Of a DNA stretch of 64,000 bases, positions 1 to 11,497 are shown one piece after another (position 1 is the first letter of the stretch; each line of letters opens with the position of its first letter). The position numbers and the translations under genes are program-made. Below the pieces are notes generated by a model, which saw nothing but the letters and a program-made list of their open reading frames with translations, was not told the DNA's origin and did no database searches. The DNA is from Alloascoidea hylecoeti (Eukaryota): positions 113,077 through 177,076 of the forward strand of contig BCKZ01000016.1 in assembly GCA_001600815.1 (NCBI GenBank), written 5' to 3'.

Positions 1-432
1 AAATTTGATGTTCTTCTTGACACAGGTTCCACTTTAAGTTATCTCCCAGCCGATGTTATTGCCAACATTGCCGCCTCGTTAGGTGCTACATACAATCAAC
101 ACCAATCTCAATACATACTTCCTTGTGATTCTTCAAGAAATGTTGAGTTCTCCTTTGGATGTTCCACTATCAGTGTTCCTCTTAATAGCTTCCAAAAGAA
201 ATCCAAATCTGTCGATTCCAATGGAAACCAACTTTGTACTTTAAAATTAATTCCCACATCAGGTCCAGTATCCATACTAGGAGACTCATTTTTAAGAAGT
301 GCATATGTTGTGTTTGATTTGGATAAATCTCAAGCTTCAATTGCACAATCGGCATCATATGTTGATTCAGATGACAGTCAGATCGAAATTATCCCTTCAT
401 CAGGATCAGTTCCTGGATCCAAAACTTGTTAA
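1..432 (+). CDS. C-terminal part of a pepsin-family (A1) aspartic protease, SAP/yapsin-like; 5' end lies outside the window
   Basis: Frame 1 reads KFDVLLDTGSTLSYLP (second catalytic DTG) ... ILGDSFLRSAYVVFDLDKSQASIAQ ... SKTC, with TAA at 430-432. No hydrophobic GPI tail, so probably secreted. Confidence 0.9.
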   Translation, partial: KFDVLLDTGSTLSYLPADVIANIAASLGATYNQHQSQYILPCDSSRNVEFSFGCSTISVPLNSFQKKSKSVDSNGNQLCTLKLIPTSGPVSILGDSFLRSAYVVFDLDKSQASIAQSASYVDSDDSQIEIIPSSGSVPGSKTC

Positions 433-1204
433 GCATAATTGATATTAATATTCATATACTGCATTTTCTCATATTGTATAACTGTTACGTTTCTTATTTG
501 CTTTCTTTGTAAATCATATATAATCATATACTTTAATTATTGTCATAATATCATTTATTCCAAAAATTAAATCTTAAAAACATCTTTTTTAGCCTGTAAC
601 GACATGAACATTTCGCAGATTATCATCATCGTAATTGAATAATAATGATGAACTAAATGAATCACGTATGTGCATAGATATGCATGGAAAAGATGACATT
701 AAAATATTAGAAAAAATGATTCTAAGAATAAAAAATGAAAATATAGAAAAGAATGGCCTATTTATAGTTAATTCCTTGTAAATAAGGAAAAAACGTTAGA
801 TATGCTATCTTACCGCCGGTCAAGCACCAATCAGATATCTATTCGGGGCATCACAATATGTATTCATAAACTATATACTGGTATAAGCTTACGATATTTT
901 TTTACATAAACCAGATATTATACCATTTATCGATAGTTTAGACGTGAACTTTTTTAAAGATGGATATATGATAGAAGTAAAAATTTTATAAGATAATTGA
1001 GATTGTGGGTGGAGATTCACTGGAGAAAAAAGGATACGTGGGTTACATCTGTTAAGTATGAATTTAAATTTAAAGAAACTTTTCAGAAATTAAATTAAAA
1101 GAAGAACATAAAAATAAGAGAATGATATTTAAGCCCTTTAATTAGATTTTACTGCTATATTCTATTTATAATATTTTTTTTTCTCGGCGAATAACACATC
1201 ATGA

Positions 1205-3075
1205 TCATATACTTGCTTTTCCTTGTGATTCATATGGTAATAATAATGAAATTATCCCAGCGACAATGAAAAGAGCACCACTAACATAAATTGGAATAGA
1301 AGTCGTTAGATCTGCAAAAATAGCAATTATGGGAGCCATAACTCCAAATATACGATTAGCAGAACTTGCTAAGCCAACTGCAGTTCCTCTTATTTTCGAA
1401 GGGAAAATTTCTGGTGTGTAAGCATAAAGAACACCATACATAATATTAGATGCGAAGTTAAAAGCACATTGCCAACCAAGTAAAGCATTTGAGTTTGATG
1501 CTGTTGTTGAACAATATAGGAATACACCTGTAAGTATAGTAAATATACCAAGAACTCCTTTTCTACCAATTTTTGACTCAACTAAAAAACCAGCAATGAT
1601 TGAGCCAGGAACACCAAGAACCGAAATAATCAAAGAATTTCGATAGACTGTATATGTGCTAGTTGTACCATCAAATCTAGTTGAAATATAGTAAGGAATG
1701 AAAGAATTATATAACGGGAATGCCAAACCAATTAAGCCCCAAACTAAAATCACAAGAGTTGAAGAAATTGCCATTTTTCTTGTTCCAAAAATAGCTTTTA
1801 TTCGATCCAAGCTAAATTTTTCCAATTTCCTATTCAAAATCTCTCTAGTTTGGTTATACTGTATTCCTTCTCCATCACCATATTTTCTATCAACATCTTG
1901 TAAGTGTTCAAGTGTTAAACTAGAAAATTTGCCATTTCTTTTGGCAATTGCATTAATGGTTTCTACTGCAAGATCATCTCTACCTTTACTCATATAAAAT
2001 CTTGGTGATTCATAAAGTTTGAAAGTAAACCTTGCCAAAAACATCAACAATGTAATACCACCTAACGTAAATAAAAAATATCTCCAACCCATATTATCTG
2101 ATCTTTTACAATTCTTTGGACCTTCACATGAAAAATTCCCAATTAAACCCCATGATATCAGATTAGCAATTACACCTCCGATTGCCCACCAAATTGACAT
2201 GACAGTTAAAAGATATTGATGTGTATGAGGTAGTGCTTCAAGAAAAATTGCAGAATCAATTGGTAGGTTGCCTCCAACACCAAAACTCCAAAATGATGCA
2301 AAAATCGAAATAGATGCGAAATTTGGAGATGATCCAGCAACAACTCCCCAAAGACCAGTTATTCCTAATGTTAAGTTAAAGGCTAATTTTCTGCCGATAA
2401 CATCACTGGAAAGTGACCAGACTACAGCTCCCACCAATAGTCCCACTAATGGTAAAGAAGGTTAGCTATGTAGATTGATAATAAAGATTAAATTATGATT
2501 ATCACAGGGTGTTGAATAATATAAGATCTTTAATGCGTAAGTATATGATTGAAGATTCGTTCAATTGCAATATTAATAACATACAATTTTGAGACAAGGT
2601 TAAATATGGTCCTCTACCTTGAGGAGGATTTAACTCATTAAAAACTGGTGTGAAAATCAAACTAGTAGCATAGGGCCATAACTAAATGATATATTAGATA
2701 AACATTCGTAAATATGCATGTTCTTAGAAAGGAGAAACTCAAGCTGATATAGTTATATTATTTTTAAATAAAATATTGCAATTGTGACATCAATTATTAT
2801 AGGCTGTATATGACAAAACTTACATTATCAACGCTCCATCCAAAACCAGCAAGAGCAAATAATTCCCATTGATACCTTCCCATTCCAATTTCTTGAAAAG
2901 CTCCAGAGATAAGATTTGATTTAGCAAGGTATACTTTATCAATTTCTTCATTTTCAAAGATAGCTTTGACATTGCCTTCACCAAGTGCAATCGACTCGAG
3001 ATCAGATGTACCTGTGTTATTATATTTATCAATTCCAGAAGAATTGATTTTTTCATCTTCTTTTAAATTAGACAT
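1205..3075 (-). CDS. SV2/SVOP-like MFS transporter, 3 exons (3075-2824, 2681-2585, 2445-1205)
   Basis: MGRYQWELFALAGFGWSVDN, SDVIGRK, ESPRF and YAYTPEIFPSKIRGTA motifs. Introns GTAAGT..TCTAAT..TAG and GTATGT..GCTAAC..TAG join the exons in frame. Confidence 0.88.
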
Positions 3076-3464
3076 TTCTAAACAAATGTTTATGCAATTG
3101 CAAAGAAAACAGAAATGAAAAAAGGGAGATCTCAACTATTTCATCATTTTCACATTTGCAAAATTAAAGTTCTGATTCGCAATTTTATGTTGCTAACACT
3201 CATAATTACTTACGCGGAAAGGTTCATCAAACGCTTACAATCTTACAATAGGAAGCCATTACAGTTTGTACCTTGGCTCAACTGCAGGGATTCGGTTCGG
3301 CGGCTTTAAGCAATGGATACAACCAACCAGGTTTATAGAATTATAAATGTATATGTCATATCAATTAATCTTCTTTTTAAAGAGTGTGTTTCAGTAATAA
3401 GAGGCTAAAAAAATAAGATTAAAAATGTTTTAAATGTCGTAATCATACTCCAAAGTAAAAGCAA

Positions 3465-3857
3465 GATGCGTGTCACTCAAAATGAACAACTTGTTGGAAA
3501 TCAAAAACTTTTCACCGCTCGCAGATAATGTGAACACACCACCCAAATCACTTCAATTAGATCTATATATTGAAGACGGCAAAATGTAGATAAACAGCCA
3601 ATCTAAACCCTGTAGTTTTAAATTAAATTTTGCATTCCTCTGTCAACCTATTTGTCTCTATTTATCAGCTGTGTACCTGGTTCAAGTGTGCATTCAATTG
3701 CGTGCAAGACAGCAGTAAAAACTACTTTATCTAGATGCGTTAATGCTTATGCACACTCATATATTTCCTTATATAGTAGTATTGCAGTTCAGTGCATATG
3801 TTCTGGAGACCAAAATTCACTTCGAGAAAAAAGTTGTTCATATAAGTGGCACGCACC
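3465..3857. mobile_element. Old MITE-like element (~390 bp) with imperfect ~27-bp terminal inverted repeats
   Basis: 3465-3492 GATGCGTGTCACTCAAAATGAACAACTT versus reverse complement of 3831-3857 GGTGCGTGCCACTTATATGAACAACTT. Non-coding interior; no clear TSD. Confidence 0.5.
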
Positions 3858-4062
3858 ACATTTGAGATAAGGAATGCTGATAATTACTGCACTTTTACCT
3901 TATAGCGTACATCTCATACCACCAACTCCCCACGTGCATCCCCAACAAAGCTAAGACAAAGCTGGCAGTAGAATAGTGCAGAACATTCTGTCAATTATAA
4001 CTATAAACAGTATAAATTGATCTTATCTCTTTTTTCAATTGAAAAAATCGGTTTCTTTTAAA

Positions 4063-5097
4063 ATGTCATTTGATTTAGAACCATCTTTACAAAACGTTGT
4101 GGATCAAACCTCACTTCGCTGGATTTTCGTTGGTGGAAAAGGTGGCGTTGGTAAAACTACTACATCTTGTTCTGTTGCTATACAAATTGCAAAAGCAAGG
4201 GCCGATGAGAACATTTTATTAATTTCAACTGATCCTGCTCATAATTTATCAGATGCTTTTGGACAAAAGTTTGGAAAAGATGCAAGATTGGTAGATGGTT
4301 TCAAAAATTTATCATGTATGGAAATTGATCCAACGAGTTCTTTACAAGAATGGACTGATCAAGCTGGTGCCGAAGGAGATCAAGGTCCCATGAAAAATAT
4401 AATGTCTGATGTTGCTTTATCTGTCCCTGGTATTGATGAAGCTTTATCATTTGCTGAAGTCTTAAAACACATTAAAAATCAAAAAAAGGCAAGTTCTACT
4501 GATTCTGAGAAGATTGATTATTCTGTTATCGTTTTCGATACTGCACCTACTGGTCATACATTACGGTTTCTACAACTTCCAACAACATTAGAAAAGGCTT
4601 TATCTAAGTTTTCTGAACTCTCTGGTAGGTTTGGTCCTATGCTTAACTCTTTAGTAGGTGGAAATCAACAAAATGATATGATGGCCAAATTAAACGAATT
4701 AAAAGAAAATATCAGTGAAGTGAACAAACAATTCCAAGATCCTGATCTAACAACATTTATTTGTGTCTGTATTTCTGAATTTTTATCATTGTATGAAACA
4801 GAACGAATGATACAAGAATTAATGTCATACAACATTGATGTTCATTGTATCGTTGTCAATCAATTATTATTCGGTGAACAATCAAGTTGTCCATTATGTA
4901 AAAGTAGATGGAAAATGCAAAAGAAATACCTTGATCAAATTGCTGATTTATATGAAGATTTTCATGTTGTAAAAATGCCATTATTAGGTGCTGAAATCCG
5001 TGGTCAGGAAGCTTTAAAGAGTTTTTCACGCTTCTTAATCGAACCTTTTGATGCTGAAAAGGATTTATCTAGCATAAGGAGCAATCTTGAATGTTAA
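4063..5097 (+). CDS. GET3: Get3/ArsA-family ATPase (tail-anchored protein targeting)
   Basis: [11 protein letters not shown]-loop, [24 protein letters not shown] and CPLC zinc motif. ATG at 4063 (ORF track starts at an upstream TTG). Confidence 0.97.
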   Translation: MSFDLEPSLQNVVDQTSLRWIFVGGKGGVGKTTTSCSVAIQIAKARADENILLISTDPAHNLSDAFGQKFGKDARLVDGFKNLSCMEIDPTSSLQEWTDQAGAEGDQGPMKNIMSDVALSVPGIDEALSFAEVLKHIKNQKKASSTDSEKIDYSVIVFDTAPTGHTLRFLQLPTTLEKALSKFSELSGRFGPMLNSLVGGNQQNDMMAKLNELKENISEVNKQFQDPDLTTFICVCISEFLSLYETERMIQELMSYNIDVHCIVVNQLLFGEQSSCPLCKSRWKMQKKYLDQIADLYEDFHVVKMPLLGAEIRGQEALKSFSRFLIEPFDAEKDLSSIRSNLEC

Positions 5098-5305
5098 TTA
5101 ATGTGATTAGATAGTGTATAATAGTAATAATCATTTAAAATTAATATAGGCCTAAATAAAGCCGGTACCAATGTTAGTTGGTAACATTAGTGATGAAATA
5201 TACATTGCCATTCTGAAATATACATACCCAAATATGAAATTTTCAACACCACACACAAATTTAACCATTATTAACAGAAATCATTAATTTTTTCTTACAG
5301 CAATA

Positions 5306-6459
5306 ATGAGACCAATTAAACTGTAAGCAACCTGCCATTTTACATATGCATTTCATATTTTAAAGGAAAATTTATGGAGCTCTGTTACTAATATCTCTAA
5401 AATAGTATGGGCCATGAGCGACCATTATCACAGGTGAAATATAATAAGGATGGTGATTTGATTCTTACCGTTTCAAAGGATTTAGTGTAAGTTATAAATA
5501 AATCAGTTATCATATTTCAGTGATCTAACAATATAAATATTAGTGCTTCTGTATGGTTTTCACATAATGGTGAACGACTGGGAACGCTTTCAGGCCACAA
5601 GGGTGCCATTAATACCGTTGATATTGATAACGATTCCAAAGTTGTTGCTACTGGGGCTGCTGATTTTAAAGTTATGTTATGGAATTGTCAAACAGGTGAA
5701 TGTTTTCATACTTGGGAAATGCCAACACCCGTCGTACGATTAGAAATATCCCAAAAGAATGATAAAATTGCAATTATCTGTGATGAAGTTATGGGATTAA
5801 AAGGAACAATCACAGTATATCCTTTTACACCAAAGGCTGGCGCCGAACAATCAGATAAACCATTTGTGGTTATTACAAATACAGAAGAATCACCGAAGGC
5901 TACTGTTATTGGATGGTCATATGGTGATAAATATCTTATTACTGGGCATGATAATGGTATGATTTCAAAATATGATTCTAAAACTGGTGAATTATTACAA
6001 AGAGAACAGATACATGAAGTTAAATTTCCAGTTACAGATATTCAATTTTCAGTTGATCGAACATATTTTATTACATCATCAAAGGACAAAACAGCAAAAT
6101 TAACAGATGTTGAAACTTTACAAGTTTTGAAAAATTATGTTACTGATGCACCTGTTAATTCTGCTGCAATTACGCCAGTTAAAGATTTTGTTATATTAGG
6201 AGGTGGTCAAGATGCAAGAGATGTGACAACTACATCTTCAAAGCTTGGTAAATTCGAGGCTCGTATTTTTCATAAGATTTTTGAAGATGATATTGGTAGA
6301 GTTAAAGGGCATTTCGGTCCTCTTAATTATGTTGCTATTCATCCAAAGGGAACTGGTTTTACTTCTGGAGGAGAAGATGGTATGGTTAGGGTTCATCATT
6401 TTGACAAATCATTTTTTGATTTTAAATATGAAGTTGAGAGAAGTTCAACTATAGTTTAA
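5306..6459 (+). CDS. TIF34: eIF3 subunit i (WD40), 3 exons (5306-5322, 5406-5486, 5544-6459)
   Basis: Spliced N-terminus [36 protein letters not shown] and GRVKGHFGPLN motifs. Introns GTAAGC..TACTAAT..TAG (83 nt) and GTAAGT..TCTAAC..TAG (57 nt). Confidence 0.95.
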
Positions 6460-6648
6460 TTATATAAATACTTTTAGAAGTATACTCTCTACAACAATAC
6501 ACGGGGCTTAGCTTTCTTATAAAGTTAAAAGTCTTTTCATTATTTGTAAAAAACTAACATTATTATGTATTTATCTTGTAAATCATTTGAGTTGATTTCC
6601 AGCCGCGGTTCACACCACCCGGTTTCATGCAGTTCAGCCATTCGTTCC

Positions 6649-6897
6649 TTACTTTCCACCTGCTTTTTTGGCATCAGCTATTCATTTACAAGAGATAAAC
6701 GTTAGTTACTTCCAACTTTAAATTTTTTGCACTCATAAACAAAGAATAAAAAACTTACCAGCTTCTTGTTTAGCTCTCATTATAGCAGCTTGTTCATCAA
6801 GTCTCTTTTTAGGGTCACCTTCCTTTTTATTTTTACCAGCTTGATTCTTCTTGGCTGCCTTCTCTCTAGCCTTTTCCCTTTGGTTACCTCTAGACAT
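6649..6897 (-). CDS. SERF/4F5 small EDRK-rich factor (YDL085C-A-like), 2 exons (6897-6759, 6677-6649)
   Basis: MSRGNQREKAREKAAKK...AAIMRAKQEA. GTAAGT donor, AACTAAC branch and TAG acceptor give ...ADAKKAGGK*. Confidence 0.88.
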
Positions 6898-7289
6898 GTT
6901 TATAATAAATGTTTTTAATTTTTTTAGGTGTTGTAAAAAAAAAGAACGATAGTCCGCTTTAAAAATACACCTTGTCACCTCCGTACACCCAAAAATAATG
7001 TCAGATCCGAAACAATAAATTAAAAGTAGAATATTACTCCCTGTTTATATTATTAGAATATATCAATACAATTTATACAAGTAACTTTTTGTATTTATCC
7101 GATAGACTGTAAACTGTTTAAGACTATAATATTCTATTTTAAGGCATCTAACTATTTACATATAATGCTTGATAAACCATAGTCTTTTTTTCATACATTT
7201 TCAATTTTATATATCACATAAGATTGAAAATTGATAAAAGAATAATCCATTGTGCCCTTATTTTCTTACCATATCATATAAAGGCTGAA

Positions 7290-7763
7290 TTAACTGGCCC
7301 GACACAAAACTTCACCACCTAAACCTTTCTTAGCAGCATCCATAAGATCAACAACAGCATCAATTTTCTCTAACTTAACAAATAAGACCTCACCTGGTTT
7401 AGCTGGCTCAACTTTCCTTACTGTCTTACCCACTGCAAGTGTTTTAATTTGTTCAGCATCCAAGATGATTCGTCTATTTGGTCTTGAAACCAAATGAAAG
7501 TTTTTCAGTATAGGTCGATAATCTTGATATTTTAGCCCAAGCCAAAGTCGTCTAGTGCTGACATTTGCTTGTGTTATACGGGTGAATTCTTTATCGGGTC
7601 CTGCAACTGATCCACGTTGGATTGAAGAAATGAATCCAGCTTTATAGAGACCCAAGGAAACTTGGAGATGTAGTTTGGTTAAAGGAATTGAGGTTATGGT
7701 CTTGCGAACGGCCGATACATTCTGTAAATGAGAGCACACGTATCCCAGCTGGACCATCGACAT
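7290..7763 (-). CDS. MRPS8: Mitochondrial ribosomal protein uS8m
   Basis: VCSHLQN, GFISSIQRGS, NVSTRRLWLGLKY and GGEVLCRAS motifs. Confidence 0.93.
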   Translation of the reverse strand: MSMVQLGYVCSHLQNVSAVRKTITSIPLTKLHLQVSLGLYKAGFISSIQRGSVAGPDKEFTRITQANVSTRRLWLGLKYQDYRPILKNFHLVSRPNRRIILDAEQIKTLAVGKTVRKVEPAKPGEVLFVKLEKIDAVVDLMDAAKKGLGGEVLCRAS

Positions 7764-7916
7764 TTTGGTTGATTTTTGATTTGTATCTTCAGTTTGTGTT
7801 TGTAACTAATTGGTGTTGGAAATTTCATAGAGGGTGTACTGTAATATACGCAGGAAAAGAGTTAAACCTTTAAATTTACAAGCACACCACAATAATAAAT
7901 ACTGAAAGTGTTGACA

Positions 7917-8858
7917 ATGTTTGTGGGCAGAATAGGGATGGCCCGAGGTATGGCTCGTGTGCCTAATAAGATATATTTGCAGCATATTAGATTATATTCT
8001 AACTTGAAAATTGGGAGTAAATCGCCTATTCTATCAAGTCTGCACAAACCAATCATATATAAATCTTTTCAATTCCCATCACAATCCAACAGGTTTATGT
8101 CTTCAAGATCTAGTGATGTTCCCAAAATTAGGTATTTTCTTTTAGCAGCAGCAGTATGTTTTGGGATTTTTGCGCTTGCAGCGAATAGTCTTGATAAAAA
8201 AGCTCCACCTTCAAATACAATGAAATTAACAGATATGGATAATACAACACAAGGTAGTAAATTCAGGAGGAAACAAATGTCATTCCCTGTTGGAACAGTA
8301 TCTGTTATATTTGTTCTTGGTGGTCCATCTTCTGGTAAATCTTTACAATGTGAAAAAATCGCAAAAGATTATGATTTTGTTCATTTATCATTGACTGATT
8401 TAGTTAAACAAGAACAGTCAGATCCAGATACTAAATACAAGAAATTGGTTAATAATGGTATATTACCTTCTCATGATGCAATGGTAGAAGTATTTTCAAA
8501 AGCTATGATTAAAATTAATAAAGAGGAAGGTAAAACCAAATTTTTGATTGAAGGATTTCCAAGAAAATTAGAACAAGCGTTTAAATTTGAAGAGGATGTA
8601 ACTATAGCTAAATTAATTTTATTATTGGATCTTCCAGATGAGATTTCAACACAAAGATTACTTAAAACCAATCCAGAGGCTTCAAAAGAATTGGTGGAGA
8701 GACGGGTTCAACTTACCAATGAATTAAATTCAACGGTTGTTTATTACTTTAAGGCCGTGGGTAAAGTTGCAACTGTTGATGCCAGTGGATCACCAGATAA
8801 AGTTTATAAAGATATTCAAGAAGCCTTACATGAAAAACTTGATCTTGAAAAGAAATAA
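7917..8858 (+). CDS. AIM36: Aim36-like mitochondrial membrane protein with a degenerate UMP-CMP/adenylate kinase fold
   Basis: Basic presequence-like N-terminus, PKIRYF plus one TM helix, SLDKKAP, RRKQMSFP, FEEDVTIAKLI and VVYYFKAVGKV recall Aim36. VIFVLGGPSSGK, FVHLS and EGFPR are NMP-kinase motifs. Head-to-head with MRPS8, as recalled for S. cerevisiae. Start codon uncertain (7917 or 7938). Confidence 0.75.
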   Translation: MFVGRIGMARGMARVPNKIYLQHIRLYSNLKIGSKSPILSSLHKPIIYKSFQFPSQSNRFMSSRSSDVPKIRYFLLAAAVCFGIFALAANSLDKKAPPSNTMKLTDMDNTTQGSKFRRKQMSFPVGTVSVIFVLGGPSSGKSLQCEKIAKDYDFVHLSLTDLVKQEQSDPDTKYKKLVNNGILPSHDAMVEVFSKAMIKINKEEGKTKFLIEGFPRKLEQAFKFEEDVTIAKLILLLDLPDEISTQRLLKTNPEASKELVERRVQLTNELNSTVVYYFKAVGKVATVDASGSPDKVYKDIQEALHEKLDLEKK

Positions 8859-9353
8859 AAAAAAAGGATAATAATTTGTAAATAGATTGTAATGGTTTTA
8901 TAGGCTGAATAAATATAAATACACTTATAACAATACCTAATAATGATAGTATTTATCTTAGAATAATAACACATTTAAATTATGGTAGGTTTAAGTGGAT
9001 TAATATTGTTGAATAGACCATACGGGAATCTTTGATTCCTGAAATGATACTCTAGACCCAATCAAGTGAAAAATGAACTCTGCTGTGTAGAGGTAGAGAT
9101 ATCAGATACCATTGATATAAACCTTCAGTTCCTCAAAACCACATTTCTTACAATAGTTTGCTTGATGGGGCGTGTTGTTGATTCTACGATTCTACGATTC
9201 TAAGATTCTCGTCTATTCTATGGGACTTGTTCCCATTTCAGCAAACATTTGCTTACAATCATGAACTGCTCCATAATCGATAATCACTGACAAAATCTCC
9301 TACTTAAAATTACTCTGAGACTTCAAATAGTCTGTTTGGCGAGTTTCATAGAA

Positions 9354-9601
9354 TCATTCCACTTAATTTCGGCCACCTGAAGAACCAAATATCCAGTCAC
9401 ATGAACCCTAATATTCGGCCACATGCATGTCGGGGTAAGTTTAGGCTATTTATTACATAATATATATATACACTAATGTTCGGCTATTATGATAAATAGT
9501 TATAGGTCATTTTATGTATGAAGTTTCGGCCATGTAATGAGAAACGCCCACTTTTAAAGCTAAATATTCAGTCACATGATATCTATACAAAGTTCGGCCA
9601 T
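9354..9601. repeat. Degenerate array of ~9 copies of a ~13-bp motif (AAWRTTCRGYCAY-like), related to the MITE at 41907-42123
   Basis: Copies near 9365, 9388, 9410, 9437, 9475, 9498, 9521, 9563 and 9589. TCATTCCACTTAATTTCGGCCA at 9354 resembles TCATTTCACTTAATTTCGGACA of the 42-kb element end. Confidence 0.6.
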
Positions 9602-9830
9602 GCTGAATACAAGATTTCATCGACCCTCTTAGTTTTTGGACATCCAACAAATAGGTTCCCAGACTTTATTCAAGGTTAAGAATAATCGGTATCAATCCTA
9701 TTGTTGCACACTTTTCTGTACCCACATCATTTTTTTAAACGCCCATTTTGTCAAGGAAGTTTTGCACTTATTTAAAAAATACAAGGCTAACCATAATTTT
9801 TTTAGTTGATTTTTATTGTAGTCATACTGG

Positions 9831-10367
9831 TTATTGGATCTTTGTTGTCCCAAAACCTTTAAACCCCATCAGTAAGGCTATATCCGTAACGTTATCCTCG
9901 TCAACATCATTATTAATCTTTTGCTTTTTTTTCTTTTTTTGTAACTTCTTCTTTTCGATCTTTTTCTGTTTCCTCTGCTCCTCCTGCTCTTCTAAAAATT
10001 TCCTTCGTGCTTCAATCCTTTTGTTGATATCAAAAGTTAAATTTGAATCCTCTTCGTTTCTTCTCTTCACCAATAACTCCAACCTTTGCTCTACCTCCTC
10101 TAGCGTAGACCTCTGTTGAACATCAGTTTGTCCCATAGCATATAAATGTGACTTACTGTTTATGTGATCCACATACTTAAGATTGTCTTTGAATGTTAAA
10201 TCACATACTTCACAATAAAAACCAGCACCTTTACCACGGGTTCCAACTGCAGACCCTACAACAAGGAATGTTTTGTTTAGATTTTCTGTAAGGTTTAATC
10301 GTTTTTCACGAGCTTGGATTTCATTAGATCCAGCTTGGAATTTATGAAGACGTTTTCCTTCGGACAT
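9831..10367 (-). CDS. SNU23: Snu23/ZMAT2 zinc-finger spliceosomal protein
   Basis: GAGFYCEVCDLTFKDNLKYVDHINSKSH matrin-type finger, RSTLEEV, basic tract and MGFKGFGT C-terminus. Confidence 0.92.
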   Translation of the reverse strand: MSEGKRLHKFQAGSNEIQAREKRLNLTENLNKTFLVVGSAVGTRGKGAGFYCEVCDLTFKDNLKYVDHINSKSHLYAMGQTDVQQRSTLEEVEQRLELLVKRRNEEDSNLTFDINKRIEARRKFLEEQEEQRKQKKIEKKKLQKKKKKQKINNDVDEDNVTDIALLMGFKGFGTTKIQ

Positions 10368-10693
10368 TTGAATGGATATAATATTAATATTAATGATGTT
10401 CTTTTTGTGTTTAGGAATAGGTGAATACTGATGTTTTATTATTATTTTTACTTAAATTTCTATTAAATCTCAAGTAATGGATACGATATTATCATTCCCC
10501 ACGAAAGTTAAATGAATAACAGGTCTTTACAACAATAAATTGTAAGGTCTTGAGTGCTTAGAGAAGTTTGTTTTCCTTGAGAGTTATTTCGAAGTTGGTT
10601 GAATTAGATCATGTGACACTTTTTACGTAATCTTCTTTTTTTTGAACTCTTCGAAGATCTGGATACTCTTACTTTTAACTAGTATTTTATATT

Positions 10694-11497
10694 ATGATGT
10701 TTTCTACCCTATTCATATATACCATATTTATAAGCCGATGTTATTCATTTACTGAAACATGTTTAGTAGGGAATATCAGTAGCGATGAAACAAATAGCCA
10801 TGAAACAAATAGCGATCGATATCATCAGGAATTGGAAAGTTGTCCCTTCGATCCATCAAAGAATGAAACTGTACCTCCAATGAGTAAATATGAGAAGGAC
10901 AAATTACAGACCATGATAGGTGCTTTCAATGATTTTATAATCCATACCCAATCACAATCACAATCACAGTCGCAGTCGCAGTCTAGCGACGATGATATCT
11001 TTCTTTTTGATTTGCAATGGTATGAAGATAATGAAAATGAATTATCATTTATTAATATAAATGTTAAGATTAATACCGAAAATGATCCTATTTTACTGTT
11101 ATTGAATTCCCGATCACCAAAGGAGATAAATATACCAATCCCTACAACAAAGAAAGAATTGAAATATTTAAATGGATTAGTGGTTTTACTTAAAGATATT
11201 ATTCGAGTATTATATCAAAAATTAAATGAAGAACAAAAACAATATGTGATTTCAATATTAAAATCAGAATTAAGTATCCCTAATGATATCATAGAGATTA
11301 TATTTAATGATAAATTTTTAGAATTGGCGCTTTTAAAAAATGCTCTTTCACTTACACTTGAATTATTAATAATAGTTTTGGCTATCATTATTATTATACT
11401 TTCTAAAGAGATTTTATCTAAAATGTATACTTATGGTTGGAGATTCATAGGAATAACGATTTTGTTTATAATTACTCGGTATTTGGATAATCGATAG
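10694..11497 (+). CDS. Uncharacterised protein with predicted signal peptide and two C-terminal hydrophobic helices
   Basis: 267-codon ORF in AT-rich DNA; hydrophobic N-terminus, QS repeat, C-terminal LLIIVLAIIIIIL and WRFIGITILFIIT. No family recognised. Confidence 0.6.
   Translation: MMFSTLFIYTIFISRCYSFTETCLVGNISSDETNSHETNSDRYHQELESCPFDPSKNETVPPMSKYEKDKLQTMIGAFNDFIIHTQSQSQSQSQSQSSDDDIFLFDLQWYEDNENELSFININVKINTENDPILLLLNSRSPKEINIPIPTTKKELKYLNGLVVLLKDIIRVLYQKLNEEQKQYVISILKSELSIPNDIIEIIFNDKFLELALLKNALSLTLELLIIVLAIIIIILSKEILSKMYTYGWRFIGITILFIITRYLDNR

Noticed and set aside
9010..9180. Minus-strand NGI..LPLHSRVHFSLD resembling the pogo DDE_1 LPPxxxxxLQPLD motif
   Set aside because: It needs frameshifts, key residues differ, and it lies outside the inferred element end; too weak without a search.
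9354..9601. CRISPR-like interpretation of the motif array
   Set aside because: Eukaryotic context, repeats too short and degenerate, irregular spacers, no cas genes.
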